Positions 37,495 through 50,610 of a stretch of 64,000 nt of DNA are shown piece by piece; positions within the stretch are counted from its first letter, which is position 1; every line of letters starts with the position of its first letter. A program made the translations under genes and the position numbers. The stretch comes from Tricharina praecox (taxonomy: Eukaryota). The notes below the pieces were generated by a model that saw only the letters and a program-made list of their open reading frames with translations, searched no databases and was not told where the DNA came from. The stretch covers positions 124,001-188,000 of the forward strand of contig NW_026250422.1 of assembly GCF_024521635.1 (NCBI RefSeq). The letters are read 5' to 3'.

Positions 37495-38931
37495 CTACGC
37501 CGCCATCCCCCCAAAGCCGACAGGTCTCTTCCCTCCCCTCTCGGGCACAATAGCAAGGACTTTATAGATCTTCCCCATAGTACCGGGGCCCCTCTCGACG
37601 AGCCTATTGAACCCGGTGTCCATCCTCTTCTTCTCCTCGTCGTTCATCTTCTTCCCCAGCTGCTCCATCCTCTCCCTCATGCCCATAGTGAGCAAGAAAG
37701 CCCCCTGCTCCACAGGTCCATGCACCTCCACACGCTCACTTGCGACCAGCGCGCGCTCCGCAAGCGCATGGAAGTCCACGTCCGCACTAACATCCACCTC
37801 GCCGGGGCGCTCAAACGGCGAGACTATGCGATGGGCCCTGATCCCGCGCAGGGAGTTGACAGGGACAGTATCGAGCGGGCCGTAGTCGACGATCAGGGCG
37901 GCGCCGCTGCTCCCAGCACCGATGCGCTTCGCGATGTCCTCGACGACCGTCAGGCTCTCCGGCGAGACCTCGATGATCGACCCGGCCGATTTCTTGAGCG
38001 CCCTGTAGCGCTGCGAGAGCTCTGGGAGCAGCAGGGCGTGCGGCGTCGGCTGCGTTGCGCGGGTGAGCGCGAATTCGGGAGCGGCGCCGCCGATGACCAA
38101 GGGCTTCGCGGTCGGTGGCGCGGGAGAGACGAGGAGCTCCCGCCAGCCTTGCGCGGTAGACTCGAATGCGTGGATTGGCAGCGCGTCGAAGAATTCGTGC
38201 GCGAGGATGAAGGGCGTGCGGGAGGGGCCGGCTGGGACGGTGGAGAGGCTGCTGTGCCAGTGCACTGGGATGTTGGCGTGTTTGCTCACGGCGGTGAACA
38301 CGCCGCTGGGGAGCTCCGAGAGCTCGGTGGACGGCCCGCAGAGCAGCGAGGCTTGCGTTTGTCGCAGTGTGGGCGAGGCTTCGACCAGGTGGATGGATTC
38401 GATCGCGGTGGTGAGCGCGCGGAAGGAGGAGATTGTCTACGCCGCTTTGGTAAGCTGGTGCGCTCCTGTAAGTGAGGTGGGTGGAAGAAGGCGTGCCCTT
38501 AGAACATCATCCATCAGCGTCCCGCGTCCAGGTCCCAACTCTATCAGATCCACACCGGACTTTGGCCGTCCCTGCGCCATCCACTCGGTGACGAGCCACA
38601 CCCCGAGCATCTCGCCAAACAACTGCGAGATCTCCGGAGAAGTGATGAAATCACCGCGCCGCCCGAACGGGTCGGCGTGCGTCGTGTAGTAGCCACCGGA
38701 GCTAGACGTCAGACACTGCCGCATATACGCTGCCAGCGGAATGGGACCGGTGGTCTTGATGGCCTCCGTGAGCTGCTTCGCGAGCGGGGTCGAGAACGTT
38801 TTCGACTCCGGGGCGGGGGTTGCAGGGAGCCCAGCGATTGAGTAGCGACATGCTGACGGGGTGATTGGGACGAGGAGTTTGCGGGGCCGTAAGGGTGCCG
38901 CGAAACGCAGCAGTTGCCGTTGTGGGAGCAT
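37495..38931 (-). CDS. NDUFAF7: Mitochondrial protein-arginine methyltransferase NDUFAF7/MidA
   Basis: Presequence-like N-terminus; YMRQCLT..GGYY; FGRRGDFITSPEISQLFGE; IELGPGRGTLMDDVLR|TISSF; HLVEASPTLR; AHEFFDALPIH; DYG; DVSADVDF; MGKIYKVLAI. GC-AG intron 38437-38496. Confidence 0.94.
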
Positions 38932-39117
38932 GATCGCGATGGAGGAATCAAGCGACGCATAAATATCCTCGCTCACAGAATCGAATACCGGCCGGGTAAA
39001 GTCCTCAGATTTCTAGCAGCTCCCTTCTTCGCGTCTCGCCTGTGCCGACGCGTCACCCCCCGAAGCTTCGAAGAGCAGCCAGCGATCACGACGACCGACC
39101 GACCTCCGGCCAGCAGA

Positions 39118-39777
39118 ATGTTTTCAACACTGCATATCCGCAGTCCCTCCTCGACGACGACCGAATTCACCGTCACTACACGACCGCCGCCCAGTCTCCG
39201 CCGCACAATCACCACGGTGCTAACCAACCTCCTGCGAGTCCTGGCGCTCATCACCATCGCCATACTACTGCTATCGCAACACTCGCTGCTTCCGGCGGAG
39301 CTCCGCTTCCTGCAGCGGCCACCTATCGATCCAAAGTTCCTATACCCGGTCTCGCTCGTATGTCTGTGGATCATCTCGCTGCGCGGCTACACCGAGGAGA
39401 GTCTACTAGTGATCCGCTCGCTGGGGCTGCAGACGAGCACGACGGCCGGCACGTGTTGGGGCATGGGCCGGCGGACGAGATTTATTCCGACCGAAAAGGT
39501 GCGCGATGTCGTCGTCAACGAGGGTTTTGTGGGCATGGAGGTGCGGTTCTATGTCGCCGTCATCGTGGAGGGGGATGGTGGATTGGTCGTGGTGTTTCCA
39601 GTATGTTTACTTGGGTTGGTGTTTGAAAGCGCGAATCGGATGAGGACTAACACAGACATCCGATAGACATTGCTGCCGAATCGGAGAGTGTGCGAACAGG
39701 TATGGAGAGGCGCTCGCCGGTGCCTTTACCAGCCTGATGCGAAGAAAGCCAGTGGTCCCGGAGACGATAAGGTGTAG
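39118..39777 (+). CDS. GPI15: GPI-GlcNAc transferase subunit PIG-H/Gpi15
   Basis: Two TM segments; YTEESLLVIRSLGLQTST; RFIPT..DVVVNEGF..EVRFYVAVIVEG..VVVFP|TLLP..EQVWRGARRCLY. Intron 39601-39666. Confidence 0.9.
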
Positions 39778-40179
39778 ATCAGGATTGGTGAGTGTACTCT
39801 AGGCATGATACATAGCGGGGTTCATTGAGTGTTCGGATGTAGCGATAGAGGAAGGGGCCTACTTAGTCAGATCGGGGCTGAATGGGATGCGTCCGGACTC
39901 CGAATGGAGGTGAAGCCGGAATGCCTAGGTAGCTGTCTACATGGAGCAACAGATGGACCGACAGAGTAGAGGACGAAGGCAGCCCACATGCCCGTCGGAT
40001 GCCCGAGTTTCCGGTCCCGAGTTGACTGTGCCCTCGGCCAAAGGAATTTCGAGCTTGCCGGATGGGCGGGCATTTGCGGGTGGTGCCAAGAGCCACGGAC
40101 CGACAATTTGGCCGTGGTTTCAGCTCGGAGGTTGTCAGTGTGGTTCCCGCTCGTAAATGGTTACTCGTACCAGTACTCT

Positions 40180-40249
40180 ATCCGTACTCTACATATCGTA
40201 CATACGTAATCCGTACTCTACATATCGTACATACGTAATCCGTACTCTA
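40180..40249. repeat. 29-bp tandem repeat, about 2.4 copies (ATCCGTACTCTACATATCGTACATACGTA)
   Basis: Exact copies at 40180 and 40209, partial copy at 40238. Confidence 0.9.
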
Positions 40250-40672
40250 TATGCACTCTACAAACCTACCAGTGCACGAATGATTTCCATCTGTCCACGG
40301 TGAACGTTGGTCCTTAACTACTAGCACAGTGCCGGTGCTCCGCTTGCTGGCTCGCTGCTGGCAATCTGCATACACACGCACTGACCAATCCTCAGCATCC
40401 CACGATCCGGAAGTCCGAAGAATATGCAACCTCTCGGCTGGCGGCGGCTGCATAACAAAAGTCTCAGATTCATCATTCGGTGGTTTTGCTTATTTGTCGT
40501 CAGCCCTGGCCGGACTTACGACAGTCCGAGAGTCCGGGTTGCTCCCAGCATGGATTCGCAGCACTGGACTCATAAACGTCCGAAAGTCCGCGCGCAAGTG
40601 AGAGAGAGCTCTCCCGTTCTCCCACACCAGTCACATCTAAACGGCCAAAAAAAGAAGCGCAATCGTCCCAAT

Positions 40673-43211
40673 ATGCCGCGACAAGAAAGTGACGACCGAG
40701 CAGAGATATCCGTAGGAACACACCCCACCACCCCGGTCCAGCCGCGATATTGGGGGAGGGAAGGAAGGGTTCTGACCTTGTTTTAGTGCAATTCCTGCAG
40801 GGAAAGAAAGGTAGATGCCATGTTTTGACGATCGCTGATTGGTCCCGACTGCGGCAAAGCAAAGCAAAGTCGTAGCTGACTCGCCACCCGCTTGGTGATA
40901 CCTACGATAGATTCGCTGCAACCGTGTAAGACCGGCTTGTGACAAATGCCAGACCCTTGGCTTGAATTGCGCCTATCCTGCGAGGAAGCAGAGGTCGAAG
41001 CGCGCGCTGTATGTTCGATCCGGCGAATAGTCCGCTCGAAGTCGTGGAGCTGATTACTCGGCGGCTGGGCAGGAGCACGGAAGAAGCGCTGAAGAACATT
41101 TTTGACCGTCTGGAACGATTGGAGACTACTGTCGCAAATGCAATATCAAATGGGACCGTGCAGCAGCAGCAGCAGCAGCAGTATCAGCAGGAGAAGGAGG
41201 AGGCGGAGCAGTCGCAGCAATCTATTGAGCTGCAAGATGATCAGCCGAAAAACACTCCGACGCCTGGTGCAGCGTCTGCTGGCAGCAGCAGTAGGGGAAG
41301 CCCGTTCTCGCGGACCGAAACCTTGGCTGTAAACAGAACCTTTAAGCGTCCGGCAACCCGTAGTCCTTCGGCGGCAGTGCAGGCGGAAGAAGCCATGCAG
41401 CCCGGATCGCCGTCTCTGACGCAGCTTGTCGCCGAGGCCACAAACCTCGCTCGAGCAGTTTTGTCGGTCAAGGCACCCGAGACGGCGTCGAGCCCCAGTC
41501 ACCACGAAGAAGCGGCTGTCCTTGATAGCCTGCACAAGGTCGAGACGGAAACCGTTAAAGTGCCAAACAATGCTCACACCGGCAACCAATTCCTCATGCC
41601 TTCCACGGCAGAGATCCAGGCATGGCTTCAGTGTATGCACTTAGCCCTTCCTGCCAAGTCCGGTTGTATTGGAGTGGTTATGCTGACCAAAGCAGTATTC
41701 TTCAGGCAGGCACCTGAATACTACCTTTTCTCCCTCCGCGCGACTATCCCCGATGATTTCATGTTGATGATTCCCGAACTCATCGATAGTCCGGACACCA
41801 CTCTCGACAAGGCATGTCTGATCAGCTGCTACTCCCTTGCTCAACAAGGGCTGGCGCTTGACGATTCCGAAATTCCCAATCGTCTCGCTTATTCTCAGGG
41901 TCTGTACAAGGCGTGCTTAAACCTTCTGGAACCATGGAAGAACAAGAAACCGCCATATACGACGCTTGATATTGTGGCTGCTCTGTCGATGGTCAGCCTT
42001 CCGTACTCTTTCCGTCTCGTGTCGAGGATCTAACCCAGGCTGGCCAGACCATCTTCTCCTGGAAATTTCTGGACAACAACCTAGCGATCTCCATCTTCAA
42101 GCACGGCTGCGCTGTAGCACGTGATCAGGGCCTGTTCCACATCGATGACCCGACATTCACTCACCACCCACCTCTCACAGAAACCAGGAAAGCAATGAAC
42201 CGGCTGCTCTTCTGGCAGATCTACCAGTTTGACAGCGGTTTCAACCTGCAAGCAGGAGCACCCTCAGCCATCCAAGACGGCACGTGGAAGGTCGACATGC
42301 CCGTCTTCAACACATGGATGTACGAAGAACTGCGTCTCACGCCGGAACACCATATCGTCTTTTACGCCACCACGCGGCTGGCGCTGGTGCAGAAGAAAAT
42401 GAACGTTGTCCTTGCCAATGCGGCTGCGAGGAAACGGTCGCCCAGCCACGACATATCCGAGCAGTTGAAGGCGACACTGGCGTCACTCGTGGCAGAGGTC
42501 CAGACGATCCTGGACGATCTGCTGCTCGTCGAAAGATATCACTCGGCCACAGACGATATGCACAAGTGGTATTACGGTGACATACTGTTCAACTTTCACA
42601 CCACCCTCACGCTGCTATATCGCGCGGGTTACTACTCCGCCATCGGACCGTGTGCGCCAGATCCCGCATTGCACTCCGCCCGCGCCGCGATAAACATGAT
42701 GCGGGATCTCTACGGACTTATTCCTAGTCAGCGACATTGGAACATCGGGTACGCATGTAACCACCCCCACACACCATACTCCGCTAACTCCTCCAGCTTC
42801 GTCTGTCTCTTCCCGTTCATCCCCTTCTTTACGCTCTTCTGCAACCTTCTCGTAACCGAAGACCTCACAGCGGCGCATAGCGACCTCGCGCTGATAACGT
42901 GGCTGCAGCAGACCATCAGCGACTGGTGCGGCAGCCGGGCGTCGGAGGGGCTGGTGCGGTTCGAGGTGATCACCCGGCGCCTCAACGAAGTGGGCCACTA
43001 CCTCATCTCGAAGAAGTGTGCCGAGGCGTGGTCCGCGCCGCAGCCGGAACCGGAGGTCCTCATGACCGATGCCCTGAATCTGGAGTTTGATCTCGATGTG
43101 GGACAGTTTTTGGATAGTCCCGTAGAGTATGCGCGTATGCTGGAGACCGGCGTCGTGCAGGTTGATACTCATGCGGAGTGGTGGAATGGGCTCGGGTATG
43201 AGGGGCAGTAG
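40673..43211 (+). CDS. Zn(II)2Cys6 transcription factor with fungal TF middle-homology region
   Basis: Short exons give MPRQESDDRAEIS|CNSCRERK|IRCNRVRPACDKCQTLGLNC (24-nt exon 40787-40810). Coiled coil DRLERLE; later GLFHID..RLLFWQIYQFD..G.P..I; PFIPFFTLFCN. Confidence 0.88.
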
Positions 43212-43619
43212 ATGTATAGTAATAGACGGTAGACGGGGCGTGTGGAGAGTTAAAAGTCATTGGTGTTCACAAGTGTATGGGGATTTTCGTGAGTAGACGG
43301 GTGGATGTGGAGAGTTACAAGTCATTGGATTGGTGTTCACTACACGTGTGTGGGTCCTCTCACGTCTCATTCGTATCAGACATTGGGATTAAGAACTTGG
43401 AACCGGAACTTGGAGCTTGGAACTTGGTCCTTGGAAGAAAGCTTCCTGTGGCACAGCATATGTTACACAAGCACCGACCCAACCAGCATCAGTGAGGCCT
43501 CGTATTGTGTTCCATGTCGACTCATTCTCACTTCATGCTCACATTGGTGCTCAAGTACTAACAATGGATAAAACCCACTGCCCCGTTGTCAACAATCGTA
43601 CTCTCTCAACAGCAACCCA

Positions 43620-46127
43620 ATGCCCCGCGCGAAGACCTCCCCAGAGCCCAAGCCCAAGCCCAAATCCCTCGCCCAGGAGCCACAGCTAGTAGCAACCTCG
43701 CAGCAGAGCCGATTCCATGCGGACGCCACCAATCCGGCCGAGGTGGCATCGAGAGACGTATTTACATATGCCGATCCTCCCCCTAGTTATCCAGTACTTG
43801 CTCTCGAGTCTCGAACTGACACAAGTGCCGGGTCAGCTCGATATCCGCACCCTCACCATCGCCCTCGGGAAGCGCGAGATCCTCTCCGACGCTGAATTGA
43901 AGCTGCAGTATGGCACGCATTATGCTGTGGTGGGCAGGAACGGCGTGGGGAAGTCGAGTATGTACTATATACTGTCCTACGGATACAAACGTTGAGGGCT
44001 GTATACTGATGCAAGATGATAGCACTACTAAAGGCTATCGGCGAGAAATATATACCCGGGATTCCCATCAACCTGCGGGTATTACTGCTGGGCCAGACGC
44101 TCACCCCAAAGGGGGGCGACGAAGTGATCAGTGACAATACCGAAACGGTTCTGCAGCATGTTGTCAGGAGCGATACGCACCGAGAGCGAGCGTTACGGGA
44201 TACAAAGCGTAGGCTACCTGCCTCTCAGCCGGAGCTTGGGTTGCTATGTAACGCTGACATGGAGGGCAGTGTTGACGGTCGCGCTGGAAAGCTCCTCCGA
44301 CTCCTCGGCAGCTGCAAAGGCGGTCCGGAAACTGAAGCATGAGTCTCGTGTTTGCGAGCTTGAGGAGGCTAAGAAGTTGGCGGCTTATCGCAGTGGTGCG
44401 AGGGGACTGAAGGCTCGGAAGGAGTTGAGGTTGCTGGAGGAGGAGTTGGATGCGTTTTTGAAAATGTAAGTGTTCTCTGGAGACTAGGAATTGTTTGGTT
44501 GTTTATCTTGCTGATGGGAGTGGGATAGGTTAGACTTGGACGAAGAGCTCGATGAACTTACAGTTGCTGCGGAAACTGAAGTCGCAGTGCAAATGCTTCA
44601 TGACCTTGAGGCATCTCTGGAAGCGGTACGTACTACCTATCCTCCATTGGATATGGTAATTCTTCCTAACACGCCCAGATGTCCGCCTCTACCGCCGATT
44701 CCCGAGCTCGCACGCTTCTTCTTGGCCTCGGTTTTCCATTGTCCAAAATCGATAGCCCACTGAGTTCTCTTTCGGGCGGTTGGAAAACACGCTGCAGCCT
44801 GGCCCGGATCCTCTATCAGCCCTCGGACTACCTCCTCCTTGACGAACCTACCAACTTCCTAGACCTGGCCGCAATGCTCTGGTTACAAGGCTATCTCCAA
44901 GCCCTCTCCTCTACAGTCTTGGTGGTTACCCACGACCGATCCTTGGCTGACGCCGTAGCCGACGAGATCCTCGTTATCCGCGACAACAAGCTGGAGCACT
45001 TCAACGGCAACCTGACATCCTACGACAAAGCACGACGAGCGAACCAGCTACGTCTGGGACGCATGAAAGACGCACAAGAGCGGCAGAAGGCACACATGAA
45101 GGAAACGATCGTAGGAAACATCCGGGCAGCCAAGTCGTCAGGCGACGACAAAAAACTCAAGCAGGCCGCCTCGCGGCAGAAGAAGCTAGATGAGCGGATG
45201 GGACTCGAGGTCAGTGCAAAGGGGACACGATTCAAGCTGAACCGTGACTTGCCCGGATACCACAAAAAGGCTCGAGACGAGATTGAAGTACCGGTTGACG
45301 ACGCTCCGGTCAAGATCTCCCTCCCGGAATCTCCGCCGCCACTGCGGTTTCCGGGGGTCCTGGTGGCTTTTGAAAACTTCAGCTTCAGATACAACAGCAT
45401 GAAATCCCCCGTCCTAGCCGGAATCAACCTCGCCATCCACCCCGGCGCGCGCATCGGAATCCTCGGCCTCAACGGCGCAGGGAAATCGACGCTCCTCTCG
45501 CACATTGTCGAGGGGCGGGAACCCTCTGGAACCCGCACTGGCGCGATAACCCGGCACCCCAAGGCGGCCGTCGCATACTTCAGCCAATCGATTGTCGAAG
45601 ACCTGCAATCACTCGGCGACCTTGACCGCTCCGCCACCGCACTGTCAGTACTGCTCCAAGCCACCGAGGGCCTATTTACAGAGCAAGAAGCGCGGGGCCT
45701 CCTCGGCTCGCTGGGACTGCAGGGGCGCACTGCAGCAGAGATTCCCCTCGCCTTGCTATCGGGCGGCCAGAAGGTCCGCCTCGCCCTCGCAACACTCGTG
45801 TGCTCCCCGCCGCACCTCCTCGTGCTCGACGAGGTCACTACGCACCTCGACTCGGACACGATCGTGGCGCTGGCTAGAGAGCTGAACGCTTATGAAGGCG
45901 CCGTGTTGCTGGTTACGCATGACAGGTTCTTTATACGTGCCGTGGTGCAGGGGGAGAATCCGGTTGGTGAGGGAGAGGATGGGGGGAGGGTGTGGGATGA
46001 GAACAGGAGGGGAGAAGTGTTTTTGCTGGAGAAGGGAAGGCTGGAGGTGCTGACTGGAGGAGTGGAGGCGTATGAGGCTAGGGCGATGAAGGTGGTCAGG
46101 AGGATGAGGGTACTGGGGCAGAATTGA
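43620..46127 (+). CDS. ABC-F family ATPase (two NBDs, no transmembrane domain)
   Basis: SQQSRFH; Walker A GRNGVGKS; LSGGWKTRC; LLLDEPTNFLD; VTHDR; second NBD GLNGAGKST, LSGGQKVRL, LVLDEVTTHLD, VTHDRFF. Several 5' introns. Confidence 0.92.
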
Positions 46128-49100
46128 GGTTGGTGGAGCTATTCAGATACAGGACTACGGTAGATTAGGTGGATTTCGCTTGTTCTGGGAGTGGCGGGAC
46201 AGCCCAGGGCACAGTGATAACCTGTGATCCGAGTGAAGCGGCGATGTTCCAAGGAGCCGACTAATACAAGCACAAATACGAGTGAATGAGTACTTGAGTA
46301 CCCAGTATGCCTGAAACTGTAGAGTAAGACGTAGCTTTGTTTTTCTTCTGGTCCAGCCCAGATTGACGCTAGGTATGACGAGAACAACGGTTGTAGAGCA
46401 ACGTAAATCCATTCTAATTTACCTGTTATGTTTCAGTGATGTTTTATTCACTGTGGTGCCTTTCAATTAGTACCAGCAGCTATATTACAGACCACCGTAC
46501 CTGCAAGCCCACAGGAGGCATCTTTTCCGAGTTATCTGCCATGAGCACTGAGGGGCGCAAAGGCAGAGGCGAGAGGCGGCTTGGAATCATCGGTGAGCGC
46601 CGAAGAGAGGAGACCTTATTAAGACCTGGTGGGACCTGGTCCAGACCCGATGCGGTCATTCAACGTTTATCCGTCTCTGCTGTCACTACATATTTCTGTC
46701 TTCCTGTCGTCGACTCGTTGGTGTCTGGTCCTCTTCAGATGATCACCTTGTATCATGTTATCATCAAGAAAACCTCTTTACTCCAATTGATCACGTTTTT
46801 GAATCTTCGCCCGTTTTTGGGTCTCTCAGCACTTAACTATTTCCTATGGCCGTGACTGGCCAATGCCATGAGATGATCCACTTATTTCCTTCTGCAGCGG
46901 GTAACGCTACCACCTCTACATATACTGGCACTGTTCTCTACCTTAACATCCACACAACCCCACAACGCTCCGATAAATACCGCAGACTACTTCCGATCCT
47001 TTACATAGGTTCCTGGGCCTCGGGAAAGATCGCGTGCGCCGCGCCGAGCCGGAACATCATCTTCAGCGGCTGTTCCTCGGATAGGTGGATAGGTATATAG
47101 GCGGAAACATTCATAACTCTGGCGGTCTTCCCACTCTCTAACACAACTATCTGCATACATCTTTCCTTCAGCAAACAAACAGCGACCGCTACCACTCTCG
47201 AGACCCGCTCAATTAAATGCTCTCTCGATTATCATGAGCGACGAAGGCTTGGGAGGATCCGGCGATAACTATACAACACCGAGTGCCAGTTGCGGATCAT
47301 CAATCGGGTTCCGGAATCCGGACGAGAAGCTTCAAGCACTGTGGGCTTGCGGGGAACGGGCCGCCCAGATCTGATCGTTCAGTTCAGCGGAGGGATAGTT
47401 ACGACAGCCGGCAGACAGACAGACATATTGGCCCTTCGAGCCTCGCCGACAGTGGTCACAGCAACTACATACGGCAGACTGACAGCACCTATCCACGATT
47501 CGATACCTAGCAGGCAATCGGGCGATCCGATCCCCAGGATAAGTGCTTGCATGCACTCTACTTTGCAGATCCGCGGATAGTACTCACGTCTGGGAAAATC
47601 ATATCGATGATTCGATGCGACCCAATCAGGCGAGCCGGAGCTCTGCCGCGGCCCGTCGCCGCGATCCAATCAGCGGAATGTGCACGATTCACAATTCATA
47701 ACTCGGATATTGAACAAAATGCGAACTTACTCTCCTGATGTCGTGCCGCGCGCCCTGTGAGGAAAGAGAACTCTACTCTACTCTAGGTACTGTAGGTACT
47801 CTATGGACTGACTCAATGGATTTGACAGCCAAGAAAGAACACACATCAACGTACGTACGCTCTATTCCATCCCTATATGTATCTTCTGCTGCGTCCAAGC
47901 TGGCGCCACGCCAGCTCATCAATCATGCGCCGCCGCGTCTCTCCTGACGAGCGAGCGAGCTGTTATCTCTCCTCTCTCTCGTGTTTCTTGTGTTTCTTGT
48001 CATATAACCGTCTTGTTTAGAAATATTTTCCTCTTGAACCTTGGACGGACTGCCGCGGGCAGCGAGGGAGCCTCCGGCAGGAAGGGAAGCATCGGCATTG
48101 ATATTCTTGTCACCTCTCACTGAGTTTCTGTGGCCATGTGCACACCCTCCGGCAGAGACGATCTTCGAGGCTTCAACTATGTACGGGGCCCAGAACGATA
48201 TACATACAAGGTGTGGTAGCTGTCGGAGGTACAACACATATCACTCTGCACATTGCGGCAGTTGGGATGGGAAGCGATAGATCACCCTCAGGGCTCGAGA
48301 GTCGAGGCATCTACCTACGACACCAGTACCGGTAGCGGAGTGTGTAGCATAAGGTCCAAACTTGAAACCCGCTCTGCGGAGTCCAGACCAGGGAGCTCCA
48401 CATGGAGGGCCAAAAGTTCACTTCACCTCCGGATCCTCACTCAATATTGTTTTGCGGAAGGCCTCCCTGGCTTGCTATTACTGGTGCAGGCTACAAAGTT
48501 GGGCCTTGGTTATCTGGTGATATCGTCGGCCTGCTTACCTGATATACATACGCAGCATAATAACCTTCCCGTACAGCTTCGACGTGCAGCATGCTACAAC
48601 TGTACAACATGGTAAGCGTGATGTGGTAAACCGGCACGTTCGACAGCCAACTGGACACCGTGGAACTGCAGCCTTCGGGGAGGTGTACGGCAGCGATCTA
48701 GGTGGTTGCAGTTTTGCAGAAGCAGTCAGCTTTGGTGGGAGGTGGGGGAAACACATGTTGGAAGTTGGAGGTTGGAGGCTGGGGACACATCGACAGTTCT
48801 AACCCACGGCTTGGTCTTTGTTGAGGACCCGAGGAACTATCATACTTATCCACCTAAAGAGCAGGTAGGTATCCATGAGATCAAGTACGTACGTAAGAGT
48901 CAGGTCACGATTGATCATTGGACACTGGAGCGCTATTCGGAGTCTTCCGCATCCGGCAATGTTCTTCTTCTTCTTCTTCTTCGGCAGCGTGGACTGCCGG
49001 CTCCGACGTCGAATGGTTTGGTTTGGTTTCGTATTCCCCCCACCTCCCGCCTTGTTCTAACTTCTGACTCGACCTCTGCGGGGAAGGAGGGAAGGGTGAA

Positions 49101-50610
49101 GAGGGAACTCATTTTATCCGGGCCTTCTTCCTGCCGGTTCGGCAGTTTCCAGGTTGTGGTTGTGGTTGCTGGTTCATGCCGCGGAGTTCGAATTCCACTG
49201 GAAACCCTAACCCCGTGGACGGGTCGTGGTATCGGCGATTCCATATCTCTGCCATCTGGGCAGTGGGTCCGCCAGAAAGGCGAGATGGGCCGTGGTATGT
49301 GAGTAGGTAAGGAATTAACTTCCTGTTCGCCTTTTGTGACTTGGCAATGGCACTCTCTGTGGGTTACATACGACTTGTCTGACGCCGATGTTTTACATCA
49401 TACTTGGTAGGGCCACGTCGACACCATCATATATCGTTCATGACTACGCGGACAGATCGCGGGGTAGATAGAACAAGCATCATGCGATCCACACTTTCTC
49501 TTGTTCTCGAGCATCCATCCATACCGGTACTATATGTTTGTACATACTAACTGAAGCTCAGGATGGCCCCCCATACTAGATGAATTGCATCCTTGGATGC
49601 CGACACACACACACACACATAACCACAGCAGTCAGGGAGTTAGATTGTGGGCATGCAGATGTGCTTCCCAGCGACCTTAACTGAGCCGCTAGTGTGACGC
49701 TCCACTCCACGCTCCACGCAAGGATACCTATCCGTGAAGTCTGGTTGGATAGGATGGGGTTGGTTGTCGGTGTGTGTGCCGACAGGATGGAGATAACGAA
49801 ACGACGACCGACGACAACGCGTTACGAAATTCAATAAACCACTGGAGTGCACGTGGGGACTGTGGTGGTGGTGGCCACGCTGCACAAAGGACATTAAGGT
49901 TGGCTTGGCTGGATGTGCCAATCACAGCTGGAGAACCACCACGGTGAGTGGGGTGAGAGGGCGGGAGGGCGCGCAGAAGGCGCGTAGGAATCAAGGCGAC
50001 GGGGCGGTATGGGGCATATTCACATCACCGATCAGTGGTGGTGGTGCTGGTGGAGGTGGTGGACAGATAAACGAGTTCCACTCGAGGACGCTCGATGGAA
50101 GAATCACAGCTGTTGATTGGAATTGAATCTAGCCATAAACGAAAGATAGATATGGCTAGAGATCCCTAGCCGGGGAGGTGGTATGCAGGGTATATCAAGT
50201 ATGATGGCATGATAACATGTAGATGTGCAATATGTGCCTATATCTTTCTACACTCCCCCTCGACTCCCAAAGCTCGATCAAACCTCCTCGATCTGCTGCA
50301 CTTCTTACATACACACCACCATTCAATTCTTGGGAAAGATTCTGCAACGTGTGTTGGCCGGACGGATATTCAAGGCATAGGTCGACCGCCAACTTTGAAC
50401 GGAACGGAAGGAAATACCTACAAAGCATCTACTCGTACATAAGTACAGACGTCCAATCGTGTCAACACTTGTTTTTAATATAACTACTACCCGTACATAA
50501 CTGTCCTCGACGGCGCACGCACCAGGCTCGAGAACATCTTCATCTCCCATACCGTCCAAACCTCCTCTTCGCCCAAGTTACATACCAGAAACCAACCAAC
50601 CGGACCCTCG

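Noticed and set aside
37450..38475. 341-aa plus-strand ORF (and similar long antisense ORFs at 45020-45859, 57196-58176, 25302-26063)
   Set aside because: They overlap well-supported genes on the opposite strand and are explained by high GC3 codon bias.
46200..50600. Long intergenic region checked for tRNA, snRNA, TIRs or genes
   Set aside because: Only short motif-free ORFs, two CCAATCAG boxes and microsatellites; no supportable feature.
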